63,326 nt of DNA from an uncultured Syntrophobacterales bacterium (lineage in GTDB: Bacteria; Desulfobacterota; Desulfobaccia; Desulfobaccales; 0-14-0-80-60-11): positions 1 through 63,326 of the forward strand of contig CBFDAH010000002.1 of NCBI GenBank assembly GCA_965602785.1. Reading direction: 5' to 3'. Position numbers and translations under genes: made by a program. Below the pieces are notes generated by a model. That model was given only the letters and a program-made list of their open reading frames with translations, was not told the DNA's origin and made no database searches. This document shows positions 25,854 through 35,284 of this stretch, one piece after another; positions within the stretch are counted from its first letter, which is position 1; every line of letters begins with the position of its first letter.

Positions 25854-27401
25854 TCACTCCCACTCAATCGTTGCCGGGGGTTTGGAGGAAATGTCCAGGA
25901 CTACCCGGTTGACCCCCTTTACTTCGTTGATGAGGCGGTTGCTGATATGCGCCAGGAAGTCTTGGGGGAGCCTCGTCCAGTCCGCGGTCATGGCGTCCAC
26001 GGAGTCCACCACCCGCAGGGCCACCACGTTTTCGTAAGTGCGCTCGTCCCCCATGACCCCCACGGTGCGAACCGGCAGAAGCACCACAAAGGCCTGCCAG
26101 ACCTGGCGGTAGAAGTCGGAGGTGAGCATCTCCTCCATGACAATGGCGTCCGCCTCCCGAAGGACGGCCAGGCGCTTGGGGGTGACCTCTCCCAGAATGC
26201 GGATGGCCAGGCCCGGCCCCGGAAAGGGGTGGCGCCAGACCAGGGAATCAGGCAGTCCCAGTTCTCGGCCTACCTCCCGCACCTCATCTTTGAAAAGCTC
26301 CCGCAAAGGCTCCAGAAGCTCAAGGGGCATGACTTCCGGGAGGCCTCCCACATTGTGGTGCGTCTTGATGGTGGCCGAGGGGCCTTTGAAAGAAACGCTC
26401 TCGATGACGTCGGGATAGAGGGTCCCCTGGGCCAGGTATTTGACCTCCCCGATATTCTCAGCCTCGGCGGCGAACAGGCGGATAAATTCGCGGCCGATGC
26501 GCCGCCGTTTCTCCTCCGGGTCCGTAACCCCCTGGAGAAGGTCTAAAAATTCCGGCGTCGCATCTACATAAACCAGGTTCAGGTGCTCGTGGTCCCGGAA
26601 GAGGTGCACTACCTCTTCGGCTTCGTTTTTGCGGAGGAGGCCGTTGTTCACGAAGATGCAGGTGAGGCGGTCGCCGATGGCCCGGTGGAGCAGGACCGCG
26701 GTGACCGAGGAGTCCACCCCGCCGGACAGGGCGCAGATGACCCGGTCCTCGCCCACCTGTTGGCGGATGGCCTTGGTGGTGGCCTCGATGAAGGAGCGCA
26801 TGGTCCACAGGCCCTTCAAGCCACAAATGCGAAAGAGGAAATTCTTCAGAACTTTCTTGCCCTTGGGGGTATGCTGCACCTCCGGGTGAAACTGCACGCC
26901 ATACAGGCGGCGCTCCCGGTGCCGTATGGCCCCCACCGGACAGGTGTCGCTGGCGCCGATGACCTCGAAACCCGGGGGCAGGACTTCCACCCGGTCCCCG
27001 TGGCTCATCCACACCGTTTCTTTGGACGCCAGACCGTGGAAGATATCCGCCTTGTCATGGATGGCAAAGGTTTTGCGGCCATATTCCCGGTGGCTGGAAG
27101 GTTCCACCTTGCCCCCCAGGAGGTGGCTCAGAAGCTGGACGCCGTAGCAGATACCCAGAACCGGCACTCCCAGGTCCAGGACTTCTGGCTCCAGGATGGG
27201 GGCGCCCTCCTTATAGACGCTGCCTGGACTGCCGGAGAGGATGATGCCCCGAGGCGCGAACTGGCGCACCTGCTCCAGGGGCATAAGGAAGGGGTGAATC
27301 TCACAATATACTTTGAGCTCCCGCACCCGCCGGGCAATGAGCTGGGTGTATTGAGAGCCGAAGTCTAAAATCAGAATTTTTTCCTGGTGGGGGTCGCGCA
27401 T
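25854..27401 (-). CDS. guaA: GMP synthase (glutamine-hydrolysing)
   Basis: GATase domain [22 protein letters not shown]-loop SGGVDSSV and C-terminus PPATIEWE. Confidence 0.95.
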   Translation of the reverse strand: MRDPHQEKILILDFGSQYTQLIARRVRELKVYCEIHPFLMPLEQVRQFAPRGIILSGSPGSVYKEGAPILEPEVLDLGVPVLGICYGVQLLSHLLGGKVEPSSHREYGRKTFAIHDKADIFHGLASKETVWMSHGDRVEVLPPGFEVIGASDTCPVGAIRHRERRLYGVQFHPEVQHTPKGKKVLKNFLFRICGLKGLWTMRSFIEATTKAIRQQVGEDRVICALSGGVDSSVTAVLLHRAIGDRLTCIFVNNGLLRKNEAEEVVHLFRDHEHLNLVYVDATPEFLDLLQGVTDPEEKRRRIGREFIRLFAAEAENIGEVKYLAQGTLYPDVIESVSFKGPSATIKTHHNVGGLPEVMPLELLEPLRELFKDEVREVGRELGLPDSLVWRHPFPGPGLAIRILGEVTPKRLAVLREADAIVMEEMLTSDFYRQVWQAFVVLLPVRTVGVMGDERTYENVVALRVVDSVDAMTADWTRLPQDFLAHISNRLINEVKGVNRVVLDISSKPPATIEWE

Positions 27402-27649
27402 TTTTCCTCAAGGAGGGGCCGATGACGGCTGACCAATCTTTACTTCAATTATAGCGGGAAAAGGGGGAAGTTGCAATGCTGGCAAAGGTTTATGGGGTGT
27501 GCCGGGATGGGGGGCGTGACCACCTTGAGACCTCATTTAAAGTGCACAGGTAGATCTTGCCCCAGAGGAGAGGTTTTATAGTCCCCGTTGCCCCCGCAAG
27601 GTCGGCGGGGGATTTTTTCACAAATCAGCGCAGGTTTACAGGTGAAAAC

Positions 27650-27700
27650 GTAGCCGCAGGCTTTAGCCTGCGCCAGCCCAGACGAGACGCCTTTGCCACC
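27650..27700 (+). repeat. GTAGCCGCAGGCTTTAGCCTGCG unit with the conserved 3' extension ...GAGACGCCTTTGCCACC
   Basis: Nearly the same extended unit occurs at 62598-62648, and a more diverged one at 11964-12014. Confidence 0.8.
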
Positions 27701-27792
27701 AGCGTTTTCTTTAATCTGAGCCAAGCTTATCAAAAAAAATTTTGCCAGATATTCCTGGGACGCCATACTGGAGGTAAGCAACAAATGTCGTC

Positions 27793-28896
27793 CTAAAGTC
27801 CCAGGGGGGCCAAAAAGCGGGCCGACAGGACTTCCCGGAGGCGGTCGGGGGAATCATCCCCATGCATTTCCAGGAGATGCGTCACCTCAAGGGCAACCTG
27901 GCGCAGGCGTGTCAGGGCTGAAAGGCGGGCCGCCTCCACGCCCCCCCAGTCGCCGGAGGCCACCAGGTCTTGAAAAGCAGGGGCGAGCTCCGGGAGGAGA
28001 AGGGGATAGAAGCCCGGCTGGAAGGCCAGCATAAAAGCCAGGGAGGCGAGATGTTGCCCGGCGATGAGATACGTGAGACGGCCCACCTCGTTCACCTCGG
28101 CCAGGGCGTCTTTGAAGGCCCTGATCCACATCTCCAGGGGGGACTGGGAAAAATGCTCCAGGATGAAGGGCAGGACCTTTTCCAGGGAGGCTTCCCAGGC
28201 TTCCCCTATCTCATGGTAAATAACGGCTTCCAGCTCACCGGACACCATTTCATCCCAGGACTCCTGGTGAGCCTCGGCGTCCTGCATGAGAGTCTGGGGA
28301 GAAAGCCCCCAGGGAGATAAGGCCACCTCCAGGAAGCGGTTGCTCTGGTGGGAGGGATCGGCCAGGTGATCCCACAGGTAGTAGGCCAGGGCCTGACGGC
28401 GGGCGTAGACCAGGTTTCCCTGGCACAAGGCCGGGGTGCCGTCCAGGTCCCGGGCCAGCTCCCGGTCCAGCACCAAGACGGTGACTTTTCCCTCCTGGCG
28501 CACCTGGGAGAGCTCCCCCAGGAAAAAGGTGGGGGCCATGCCCCGGCTGAAACCGGCGCCGTAGGCCAGCCCCGCCGGCTTGAGGTGGGCGTTCACCTCC
28601 TCCACGTCAAAGGGGTCCAAAGACCTGCCATTGACGCGCAAATCCTGCCAGGGCTCTCCGTCCCGGGCGTCCCAGGCGCTCTCCTGGTCGGCGACCCAAG
28701 CCAGGACCTCCTCGGGCTCGGGCTCCCGCCAGGGAGGCAGGCCGTGTTCCCACTTGTAAAGGAGGCGCAGGCGCAGGAGCAGGCCGCATAGGGAATAGTT
28801 GCCGGCCTGGAGGGAACTCGCCAGCTGGCAGTTGGCCTTGACCTGGCTGATTAAGGCGTGGTCTATGGTGGTATTATTCAGTGGGTTTTTCTTCAC
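27793..28896 (-). CDS. Conserved-looking hypothetical protein (367 aa)
   Basis: A long ORF with normal composition and no overlap with better ORFs. It is the last gene of the rhomboid-TPR-X string. I recognise no family with confidence. Confidence 0.55.
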   Translation of the reverse strand: MKKNPLNNTTIDHALISQVKANCQLASSLQAGNYSLCGLLLRLRLLYKWEHGLPPWREPEPEEVLAWVADQESAWDARDGEPWQDLRVNGRSLDPFDVEEVNAHLKPAGLAYGAGFSRGMAPTFFLGELSQVRQEGKVTVLVLDRELARDLDGTPALCQGNLVYARRQALAYYLWDHLADPSHQSNRFLEVALSPWGLSPQTLMQDAEAHQESWDEMVSGELEAVIYHEIGEAWEASLEKVLPFILEHFSQSPLEMWIRAFKDALAEVNEVGRLTYLIAGQHLASLAFMLAFQPGFYPLLLPELAPAFQDLVASGDWGGVEAARLSALTRLRQVALEVTHLLEMHGDDSPDRLREVLSARFLAPLGL

Positions 28897-28937
28897 GATG
28901 TTTTCCCCGGTGCAGTTGGCAGCAAAGGCCCATCCTT

Positions 28938-29696
28938 TTACTGTTTCATCAAGGCATCAGCTCTACGGGCCAAGCCCTTATCCAGGGTTTTGAGAGTCTT
29001 ATAAGCCCGGTCTGCGGCCTCCCGGTCTCCCTGGTGCACATGGCAGGCCCACAGCCCCAGATAGGCCTCAGGGCTGTTGGACTTGAGGCGCACGGCTTTT
29101 TCGAAGGATTTTTGGGCCTCACCCCAGAGATTCAGCTTGATATAGGCCATGCCCAAATTGTTCAGGGCTTGAATATAATCCGGTTTCAGGCGCACGGCCT
29201 GCTCGAAGGCCTTTTGGGCTTCCTGGTGGCGCCCGCGCCTCCCCTCAGCCACTCCCAGACTGTAGTAGACTTCCGGATTGTTCGGTTGATGCTGGAGGAC
29301 GGTCTGAAAGGATTGGGCCGCGGCCGGCCAACGGCGCAGTTTTAGATAGACCACCCCCAGGTCTTTGTGGGCCCTGGCCCAGGCGGGGTCAAGGCGGACG
29401 GCCTCCAAGAAGGCCTGTTGGGCTTCCGGGTAGCGCCCCAGTCGGGCCAAGGCCAGACCCCGACCATGATGGGCCTGGGCCAGGTCCGGCTTGATTTTCA
29501 GGGCCCGGCGATAGGCTTGCTCGGCGTCTTGATACTGACTCTGTCGCAAAGCGATTGCGCCCCGCTGGAGAGCAGCCTGAATCTGCTCGACGTCCTCTTT
29601 ATTCAAACCGACACTCGGCGCCGCGGTGGCGAGTCCGGCAAGCATGGCAAAAAAAACCCAAAACAGCCCGGCACCCAGTATGTTTTTGATGGTCAT
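28938..29696 (-). CDS. Secreted TPR-repeat protein
   Basis: Signal-like MTIKNILGAGLFWVFFAMLAGLATAAP and at least 6 TPR units (A..Y..AL...P....A...LG). The track ORF extends to a TTG at 29732. Confidence 0.7.
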   Translation of the reverse strand: MTIKNILGAGLFWVFFAMLAGLATAAPSVGLNKEDVEQIQAALQRGAIALRQSQYQDAEQAYRRALKIKPDLAQAHHGRGLALARLGRYPEAQQAFLEAVRLDPAWARAHKDLGVVYLKLRRWPAAAQSFQTVLQHQPNNPEVYYSLGVAEGRRGRHQEAQKAFEQAVRLKPDYIQALNNLGMAYIKLNLWGEAQKSFEKAVRLKSNSPEAYLGLWACHVHQGDREAADRAYKTLKTLDKGLARRADALMKQ

Positions 29697-29808
29697 AGGG
29701 TTTTTTCTCAAAGCCCAGTGAGACCTCGTCAAGTCAGTGGTTCCCTAGAAGGTAACATGGGAAAGGACTGTTGGCGAGGGACAAAGTTCACCGCTCCCCC
29801 TGGTACTA

Positions 29809-30492
29809 TCAAGCTTGGGAGGGGCTCCGGGCCTTTACCAGCATCATGAGACGCAAAACGAGGAAGCCGGCTATAAAGCCGCCGACGTGAGCCCAGAAAG
29901 CCACGCCAATTCTAGCCTGGGACCCCAGAATGGAAAAGGCCCCGGCGAAAAACTGCAGGAGAAACCAGAGCCCCAGAAAGACATAAGCCGGCACCTCGAT
30001 GATAACGAAAAAAAGAATGGGAATGAGGGTGAGGATGCGGGAATGGGGAAAAAGGGCAAAGTAGGCGCCCATAATCCCGGCGATGGCCCCGCTGGCTCCC
30101 ACCATGGGGATCTGGGAGGCGGGATGGAAGAGGAGTTGCGCCAGACAGCCGGCTACACCGCAGGCGAGATAGAAAACCACATACCCCCAGTGTCCCAGCG
30201 TGTCCTCCACATTGTCACCGAAAATGTACAGGGTCCACATGTTGCCGATGAGATGGAGCCAGCCGCCGTGGAGAAACATGGAGGTGAACAGGGGAATAAT
30301 ACTGGCCACCCAGGCCCCCTCACCTATCTGAAGGAGAAAGCGACTGGGGACGAACCCGAAAATCATAATAAAAAACTTTAGGTTCGAGCCCATGAAAAGC
30401 TCCATGAAAAAAATTAAAGCGTTCACACCAATCAGGGTATACGTGACGGTGGGACGGAGCTGGGTTGGGTGGCTGTCTCGTAAAGGAATCAT
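29809..30492 (-). CDS. Rhomboid-family intramembrane serine protease
   Basis: FLHGGWLHLIGNM and the catalytic GASGAIAG, with a His in a later TM segment. Confidence 0.85.
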   Translation of the reverse strand: MIPLRDSHPTQLRPTVTYTLIGVNALIFFMELFMGSNLKFFIMIFGFVPSRFLLQIGEGAWVASIIPLFTSMFLHGGWLHLIGNMWTLYIFGDNVEDTLGHWGYVVFYLACGVAGCLAQLLFHPASQIPMVGASGAIAGIMGAYFALFPHSRILTLIPILFFVIIEVPAYVFLGLWFLLQFFAGAFSILGSQARIGVAFWAHVGGFIAGFLVLRLMMLVKARSPSQA

Positions 30493-30773
30493 CTCAGGGC
30501 CTGGAGCTATGGTTGGGCGGACCAGTTATTTCCAAGGTAAGGTTTCTCTGGTAAAAGGGCAAGGAAAATGGGAACTTCCTGTGGAGGCCGCTTTTACCGG
30601 TGTAAAGGGTTGACAAGAAGAAATCCTCTCTTTTAGGATAGTACCAAATGCTTTTGGCGAGAAGCGCCGCGTCCGGGATTGGGGGTGAAACTGGGGGGAG
30701 CTTTCCTGGGTTGCACCTGCTCCTGCGGTTTCCATGCCGATTTCCTCAATAAATATACCGGCGCTGATCCAAT

Positions 30774-30795
30774 AACGTTACCTTAACGTTACCTT
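30774..30795 (+). promoter_or_regulatory. Perfect 11-bp tandem direct repeat AACGTTACCTT x2 upstream of the SH3-domain gene
   Basis: The copies lie at 30774-30784 and 30785-30795, about 70 nt upstream of the ATG at 30867. Confidence 0.4.
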
Positions 30796-30866
30796 GCTGT
30801 TAGCCTATTAAACGGCGGACGCACTTAGCCCTCCGGGAGGAGGTTGTTTATCCATGGAGGAACGCT

Positions 30867-31313
30867 ATGCCCAAAACTGCGGTTTTTTTGTTCCTGGTGT
30901 TGGCAGTGGCCTTGTCGCCATGCTGGGGAGCTCCCATGAAGAGCATCGCCAAAGACAAGGTGAATGTGCGGAGCGGCCCCGGCCTCAAAAACGAGGTCCT
31001 TTTCCAGGCCCACCTGGGGTACCCCATCGAGGTGGACAAGCGCCAGGGCGATTGGGTTCACTTTAAGGACTGGCAGGGCGACACCGGCTGGGTCTACGGA
31101 CCGATGGTGAAAAACATTAAGACGGTGGTGGTGCTGAAAGATAAGGTGAACGTGAGGAAGGGCCCCGGCCCGCGGCACAAAGTAGTTAGCAAGGTGAATA
31201 AGGGGGAGGTCTATAAGCTCTTTAAGAAAAAAGGGAACTGGGTGAAAATCGGCTTCTACCTTGAGGGGGAACCCATCGGTTGGATAAGGAACGATCTGGT
31301 CTGGGGAGATTGA
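30867..31313 (+). CDS. Secreted protein with two bacterial SH3 domains
   Basis: Signal peptide MPKTAVFLFLVLAVALSPCWG. Two repeats of the form KDKVNVR.GPG......(V)..G....V......W.KI. GGAGGA ribosome-binding site. Confidence 0.75.
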   Translation: MPKTAVFLFLVLAVALSPCWGAPMKSIAKDKVNVRSGPGLKNEVLFQAHLGYPIEVDKRQGDWVHFKDWQGDTGWVYGPMVKNIKTVVVLKDKVNVRKGPGPRHKVVSKVNKGEVYKLFKKKGNWVKIGFYLEGEPIGWIRNDLVWGD

Positions 31314-31361
31314 GATGGATGACGTGGGGCCCCACCCCTACGACCCAGGTAGTGAACCATC

Positions 31362-33071
31362 CTAGTCTTTCCCTGGCCGGCGCGGTTTCGGTCCTGATTT
31401 ATTAGAAAGAAGACGTTTCCCGGGAATATCCAGCAAAACTTGGGCGTCTCCCAGGAAGCCCTCTGGGGGGACGATCTTATCCACCAGGAGAAAAACTCGC
31501 CGGGGTCCGGTCCACAATGCCCGAAACTGTTCCGGGGTGATGAGGTAATTCTCTGCGGCCGGGACCGGGTAGGGAAACTTTGGAAGGCCGCGGCGTTGCA
31601 CCATGAGGATGCGGCGGCCAGAATATAAGGACAGGGAGGAGCCGTACTCGAATTCCTCGATGGCCCCCATAACCACCACATCTTGTGATCCGGCTTCCCG
31701 GCGGATGTAATCCCCGGGAAGCTTGTCGCTTAAGAGGGGGGAGATGACTATAAGCGTCTTCCAGGTGAAAAAAAGCAGGACCAGGGACAGAGCGCCGGCA
31801 AAGGTAAGAGCCAGGGCCGGCCGGCGCCAACCCGCCGCCACTCCTCCTAAAGCCAGGAGGGGGAGCCAAATGATGGCTTGCCGGGCTACAGGTTGGATGA
31901 GCGGAAACATGCCATAAAACTCCCGGCGGTTGGCGGCGCAGAGTTGCTCCAGATAGGGCAGCAAAAAAAGCAGACCCAGGCTCAGGAACCCGAAAAAGAG
32001 GAGGGCCAGAGGGAGGCTGTGGTCCCGAGGAGTCTCCAGGTACCGAGAGATTCGCCACCCCAGAATTAATGCCAGGGGCGGCAGGGCGGGGAGGGAGTAG
32101 TACTCGATTCGGGTCGATGACACGGAGAAAAAGATTAAAATGACCGCGGCCCAGAGAAGGAGGAGGCCACCCCGGCGAGCCAATCCCGGGGGCTTTCCCG
32201 TTTCCCGCCAGAAGCGGTAGAGGCCCTCGGGCAACAGCAAGCTCCAGGGCAGCAGCCAGATAAACAAAAAGAGCCAGAAACCCGGCAGGGAAAAAGAAAT
32301 GATGTCCGGGGGATAACGTCGGCCCAGGAACCGGAGAATCTGCTCATTAACCAGATGATGCTGCAGAAAGCCCGGGTGGGTCTGTTCCATGGCCCATAAC
32401 CAGGGGACGGTGAGGACCAGAAACACCGGCCAGCCCCGGGGGTCGAGGGCCAGAAACAGGAGGCGGGCCCGGCGTCGCCACCAGGCATAACCGGCTACAA
32501 TCAGGAGAGGAAATGCCAGGCCGATGAGGCCCTTGCTCATGAAACCCACGGCCAGAGCCGCCTGGAAAAAGGCTATCCAGTACCAGGAGGGCTCGTCTTC
32601 ATAACGCAGCAACACATACATGGAGACCACCAGGGCAAGGGTGACCAGGTGGTCCGTGAGAAGTTGCAGGTGGAGGGTGAAGAAGCCCACGCTGGTGAGG
32701 AGCACGAAGCCCCCCAGCCAGGCGGGGCGGGCTCCCAAGAGGCGCCGGCCGATGAGGTAGGTGAACCACACCTCCCCGAGGCCCACCAGGAGAGTGGGGA
32801 GGCGGGCCACCCGATCCGACACCCCGAATAGGTAATAAAACAAAAGATTGAGCCAGTAAAATAGGGGAGGCTTGTCCAGATAAGGGGTGCCGTTCAGGGT
32901 GGGAGTAAGCCACTGCCCCGAATTATACATTTCCTGAGGGATGAGGGCGTACATGGCCACGGAGCGGCTGAGGGGGTAATCCCACCAGGCCGGCAGGTAG
33001 AGGATCAGGCCCAGGAGAACCAGGAAAAATCCCGGCAGCCAGTGGGAAGGGCGGGGAGTGGCAACGGCCAT
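31362..33071 (-). CDS. GT-C fold glycosyltransferase, family 39 (ArnT/PMT-like)
   Basis: Polytopic protein of more than 10 TM segments with the family loop motif YLDKPPLFYWL, and a C-terminal soluble domain. Confidence 0.75.
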   Translation of the reverse strand: MAVATPRPSHWLPGFFLVLLGLILYLPAWWDYPLSRSVAMYALIPQEMYNSGQWLTPTLNGTPYLDKPPLFYWLNLLFYYLFGVSDRVARLPTLLVGLGEVWFTYLIGRRLLGARPAWLGGFVLLTSVGFFTLHLQLLTDHLVTLALVVSMYVLLRYEDEPSWYWIAFFQAALAVGFMSKGLIGLAFPLLIVAGYAWWRRRARLLFLALDPRGWPVFLVLTVPWLWAMEQTHPGFLQHHLVNEQILRFLGRRYPPDIISFSLPGFWLFLFIWLLPWSLLLPEGLYRFWRETGKPPGLARRGGLLLLWAAVILIFFSVSSTRIEYYSLPALPPLALILGWRISRYLETPRDHSLPLALLFFGFLSLGLLFLLPYLEQLCAANRREFYGMFPLIQPVARQAIIWLPLLALGGVAAGWRRPALALTFAGALSLVLLFFTWKTLIVISPLLSDKLPGDYIRREAGSQDVVVMGAIEEFEYGSSLSLYSGRRILMVQRRGLPKFPYPVPAAENYLITPEQFRALWTGPRRVFLLVDKIVPPEGFLGDAQVLLDIPGKRLLSNKSGPKPRRPGKD

Positions 33072-33109
33072 GGCAGCTCAGGGGGAGAAGCGCCCCGTAA
33101 AACGGTAGC

Positions 33110-34108
33110 TCAGGTCAGATTCCAGCGCAGCATGGTCCACAGGTCGGTCAGACTTCCCCCCAACTGCCGCACCACGCTGGGTTCAAAGCCCGAGTGCATC
33201 ATACACTGGGAGCAGCGGGAATCCCGTCCGGGGCCGTAGCCCTCCCAGTTCGTCCTCTCCATGAGTTCCCCAAAAGTGGCATAGTGGCCATCCAGGAGCT
33301 GGTAGCAGGGAGCGCGCCAGCCCAGAGGGGTGCGGGTGGGGTTGGCCCAGGGGGTGCAATCGTAGTGGCGTTCGCCCCGCAAAAAACTAAGATACAGGGG
33401 GGTGCTGAAGAATCGGAATTTGTGTTGGTTTTGCGTAAGCAACTTAAATTTTTCCTGGATTTCTTCCCGGCTCAGGAATAGTTCCGGGGCCACCCCCTCG
33501 AAACTGTAGGCCGGGGAGACCAGGATGCCGTCAACCCCCAGTTGGGTCAGGTAGGTTAAGAGAGCCTGGATTTCCTGGACGTCGGACTCCTTGTAGATGG
33601 TGGTATTGGTGCAGACCCGGAAGCCCTGCTGTTTTGCGGCTTTGATGGCCTGGATGGCGAGATTATAAAGGCCGGAGCGACCCAAAAGGCGATCGTGGGT
33701 GGCGGCCGGGCCGTCCAGGTGAATGCTCAAAGTGAGCCGGGAGGACCGGGGCAGATGGGGAAGGGCCTTTTCCAGCAGGATGGCGTTGGTGCAGAGGTAG
33801 ATGTGCTTTTTACGGTGCACCAGTTCCTCCACCAGTTCGAAGACCGGGGGATAGAGGAGGGGCTCCCCGCCGGTGACGGTGACCACCGGCGCGCCGCACT
33901 CCTCCACCGACTCTAAACACTCTTCCAGAGTAAGGGATTCGCCCAGGGTGTCCCGGTACTCCTGGATGCGGCCACACCCGACACAGGCCAGATTGCACTG
34001 GTGGGTGGGCTCCAGCATGAGCACCAGGGGGAATTTTTCCACACCCCCTAGACGCTGCTTCATGAGATAGCGCGCCAGATCAAAACTCAAAGTCAAAGGA
34101 AACCGCAC
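33110..34108 (-). CDS. hpnH: Hopanoid biosynthesis radical SAM protein (adenosylhopane synthase)
   Basis: N-terminus LARYLMKQRL..KFPLVLMLEPTHQCNLACVGCG, and position next to hpnA and shc. Confidence 0.8.
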   Translation of the reverse strand: MRFPLTLSFDLARYLMKQRLGGVEKFPLVLMLEPTHQCNLACVGCGRIQEYRDTLGESLTLEECLESVEECGAPVVTVTGGEPLLYPPVFELVEELVHRKKHIYLCTNAILLEKALPHLPRSSRLTLSIHLDGPAATHDRLLGRSGLYNLAIQAIKAAKQQGFRVCTNTTIYKESDVQEIQALLTYLTQLGVDGILVSPAYSFEGVAPELFLSREEIQEKFKLLTQNQHKFRFFSTPLYLSFLRGERHYDCTPWANPTRTPLGWRAPCYQLLDGHYATFGELMERTNWEGYGPGRDSRCSQCMMHSGFEPSVVRQLGGSLTDLWTMLRWNLT

Positions 34109-34183
34109 TTTTTTCTCCGTGGCGGAATTGGCCTGGGGAAGGGCTCAGAGTCCATGGCCCATACCCTTCACCCCACCTCTCCT

Positions 34184-35170
34184 TTATACGTACCCGTTTT
34201 CTTGAAACCAGGCCACCCCTTCCTTCAAAGCCTGGAGCACCGGGGTCTGGGGCAGACCTAACTCTTGGACGGCCTTGTCGCTGTCGAAGTACATGAATTT
34301 CTTGGCCATTTTTATCGCAGCCAGGGGCATCCGAGGGGGCTTCTTGGTGAAATGGGAGGCCCAAAATTCATTGGCATAGGACAGGGCCAAAATGGGCCAG
34401 TACGGCAGCCGCAACCGGGGGGCCGGAATGCCGGTGATTTCGGCGAGCATCCGGAATATCTGGGAGAGACTCAGGTTCTGGTTCCCCAGAATGTACTTCT
34501 CACCCGGGCGCCCCTTGGCCTCGGCCAGGAGGTGCCCCCGGGCCACTTCCCGGACATGGATGAGATTCAGGCCGGTCTCGAGATAGGCCGGCATGCGACC
34601 TTGTAAAAAGTCTACGATCATCTGCCCCGTGGGGGTGGGGCGGGAATCCCAGGGCCCCACCGGGGTGCTGGGATGCACCAGGACCACGGGAAGACCTTTC
34701 GGGACGAATTCCAGCACCGCCTGTTCAGCCAAGAATTTGCTGCGCTTATAGTGACCCACCATGTCCGCCAGGCTCACCGGGGTGTCCTCAGTCCCGGGGG
34801 TGCCATCCCCCGGGTTGCCCAAAGTCCCCACAGTGCTGGTGTAGACCACCCGGTCCACCCCGGCTTCTGCGGCTGCAGCCAAAAGATCCCTGGTGCCCTG
34901 GACGTTGACGGCATACATGGCCTCGGCATCCGGTACCCACAGGCGGTAATCCGCGGCTACGTGGAAGAGCCGGTGGCACCCCTTAAGGGCTGCGGCTAAC
35001 GAGGCCGGGTCCCGAAGGTCCCCCTGTATGACCTCCACTTTGAGGCCCGCCAGGGCGGGATGGTCGGGAGAGCGGGCCAGAACCCGTACCTCCCGGCCTG
35101 CGGCCAGGAGCTCCACCACCACGGCCCGGCCCACGAAGCCGCTGCCGCCGGTCACCAGGGTTTTGGTCAT
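34184..35170 (-). CDS. hpnA: Hopanoid-associated NAD-dependent sugar epimerase/dehydratase-like protein
   Basis: Rossmann motif VTGGSGFVGRAV and an SDR YxxxK (YKRSK). The start MTKTLVTGG is at 35170; the track ORF extends to 35251. Confidence 0.75.
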   Translation of the reverse strand: MTKTLVTGGSGFVGRAVVVELLAAGREVRVLARSPDHPALAGLKVEVIQGDLRDPASLAAALKGCHRLFHVAADYRLWVPDAEAMYAVNVQGTRDLLAAAAEAGVDRVVYTSTVGTLGNPGDGTPGTEDTPVSLADMVGHYKRSKFLAEQAVLEFVPKGLPVVLVHPSTPVGPWDSRPTPTGQMIVDFLQGRMPAYLETGLNLIHVREVARGHLLAEAKGRPGEKYILGNQNLSLSQIFRMLAEITGIPAPRLRLPYWPILALSYANEFWASHFTKKPPRMPLAAIKMAKKFMYFDSDKAVQELGLPQTPVLQALKEGVAWFQENGYV

Positions 35171-35284
35171 GGTTGGTTTGGGTTTATTGAGGTAAAGGCT
35201 GGGAGAGCAGGGATCCCCCACCCTCCCCCCAAGCTCTTCTCCCCCCCTCAAGGGATTGGGGGAGGGGGTCAGGGCCTTTTGTCC

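Noticed and set aside
30640-30760. Possible c-di-AMP (ydaO-type) riboswitch upstream of the SH3-domain protein, suggested by TTGGGGGTGAAACTGGGG and by the usual association of that riboswitch class with cell-wall proteins.
   Set aside because: Only one short motif resembles the consensus. The conserved 3' half (CCGAACCCGUCAGCUAACC-like) and the pseudo-two-fold architecture are not visible. An Infernal scan is needed before any claim.
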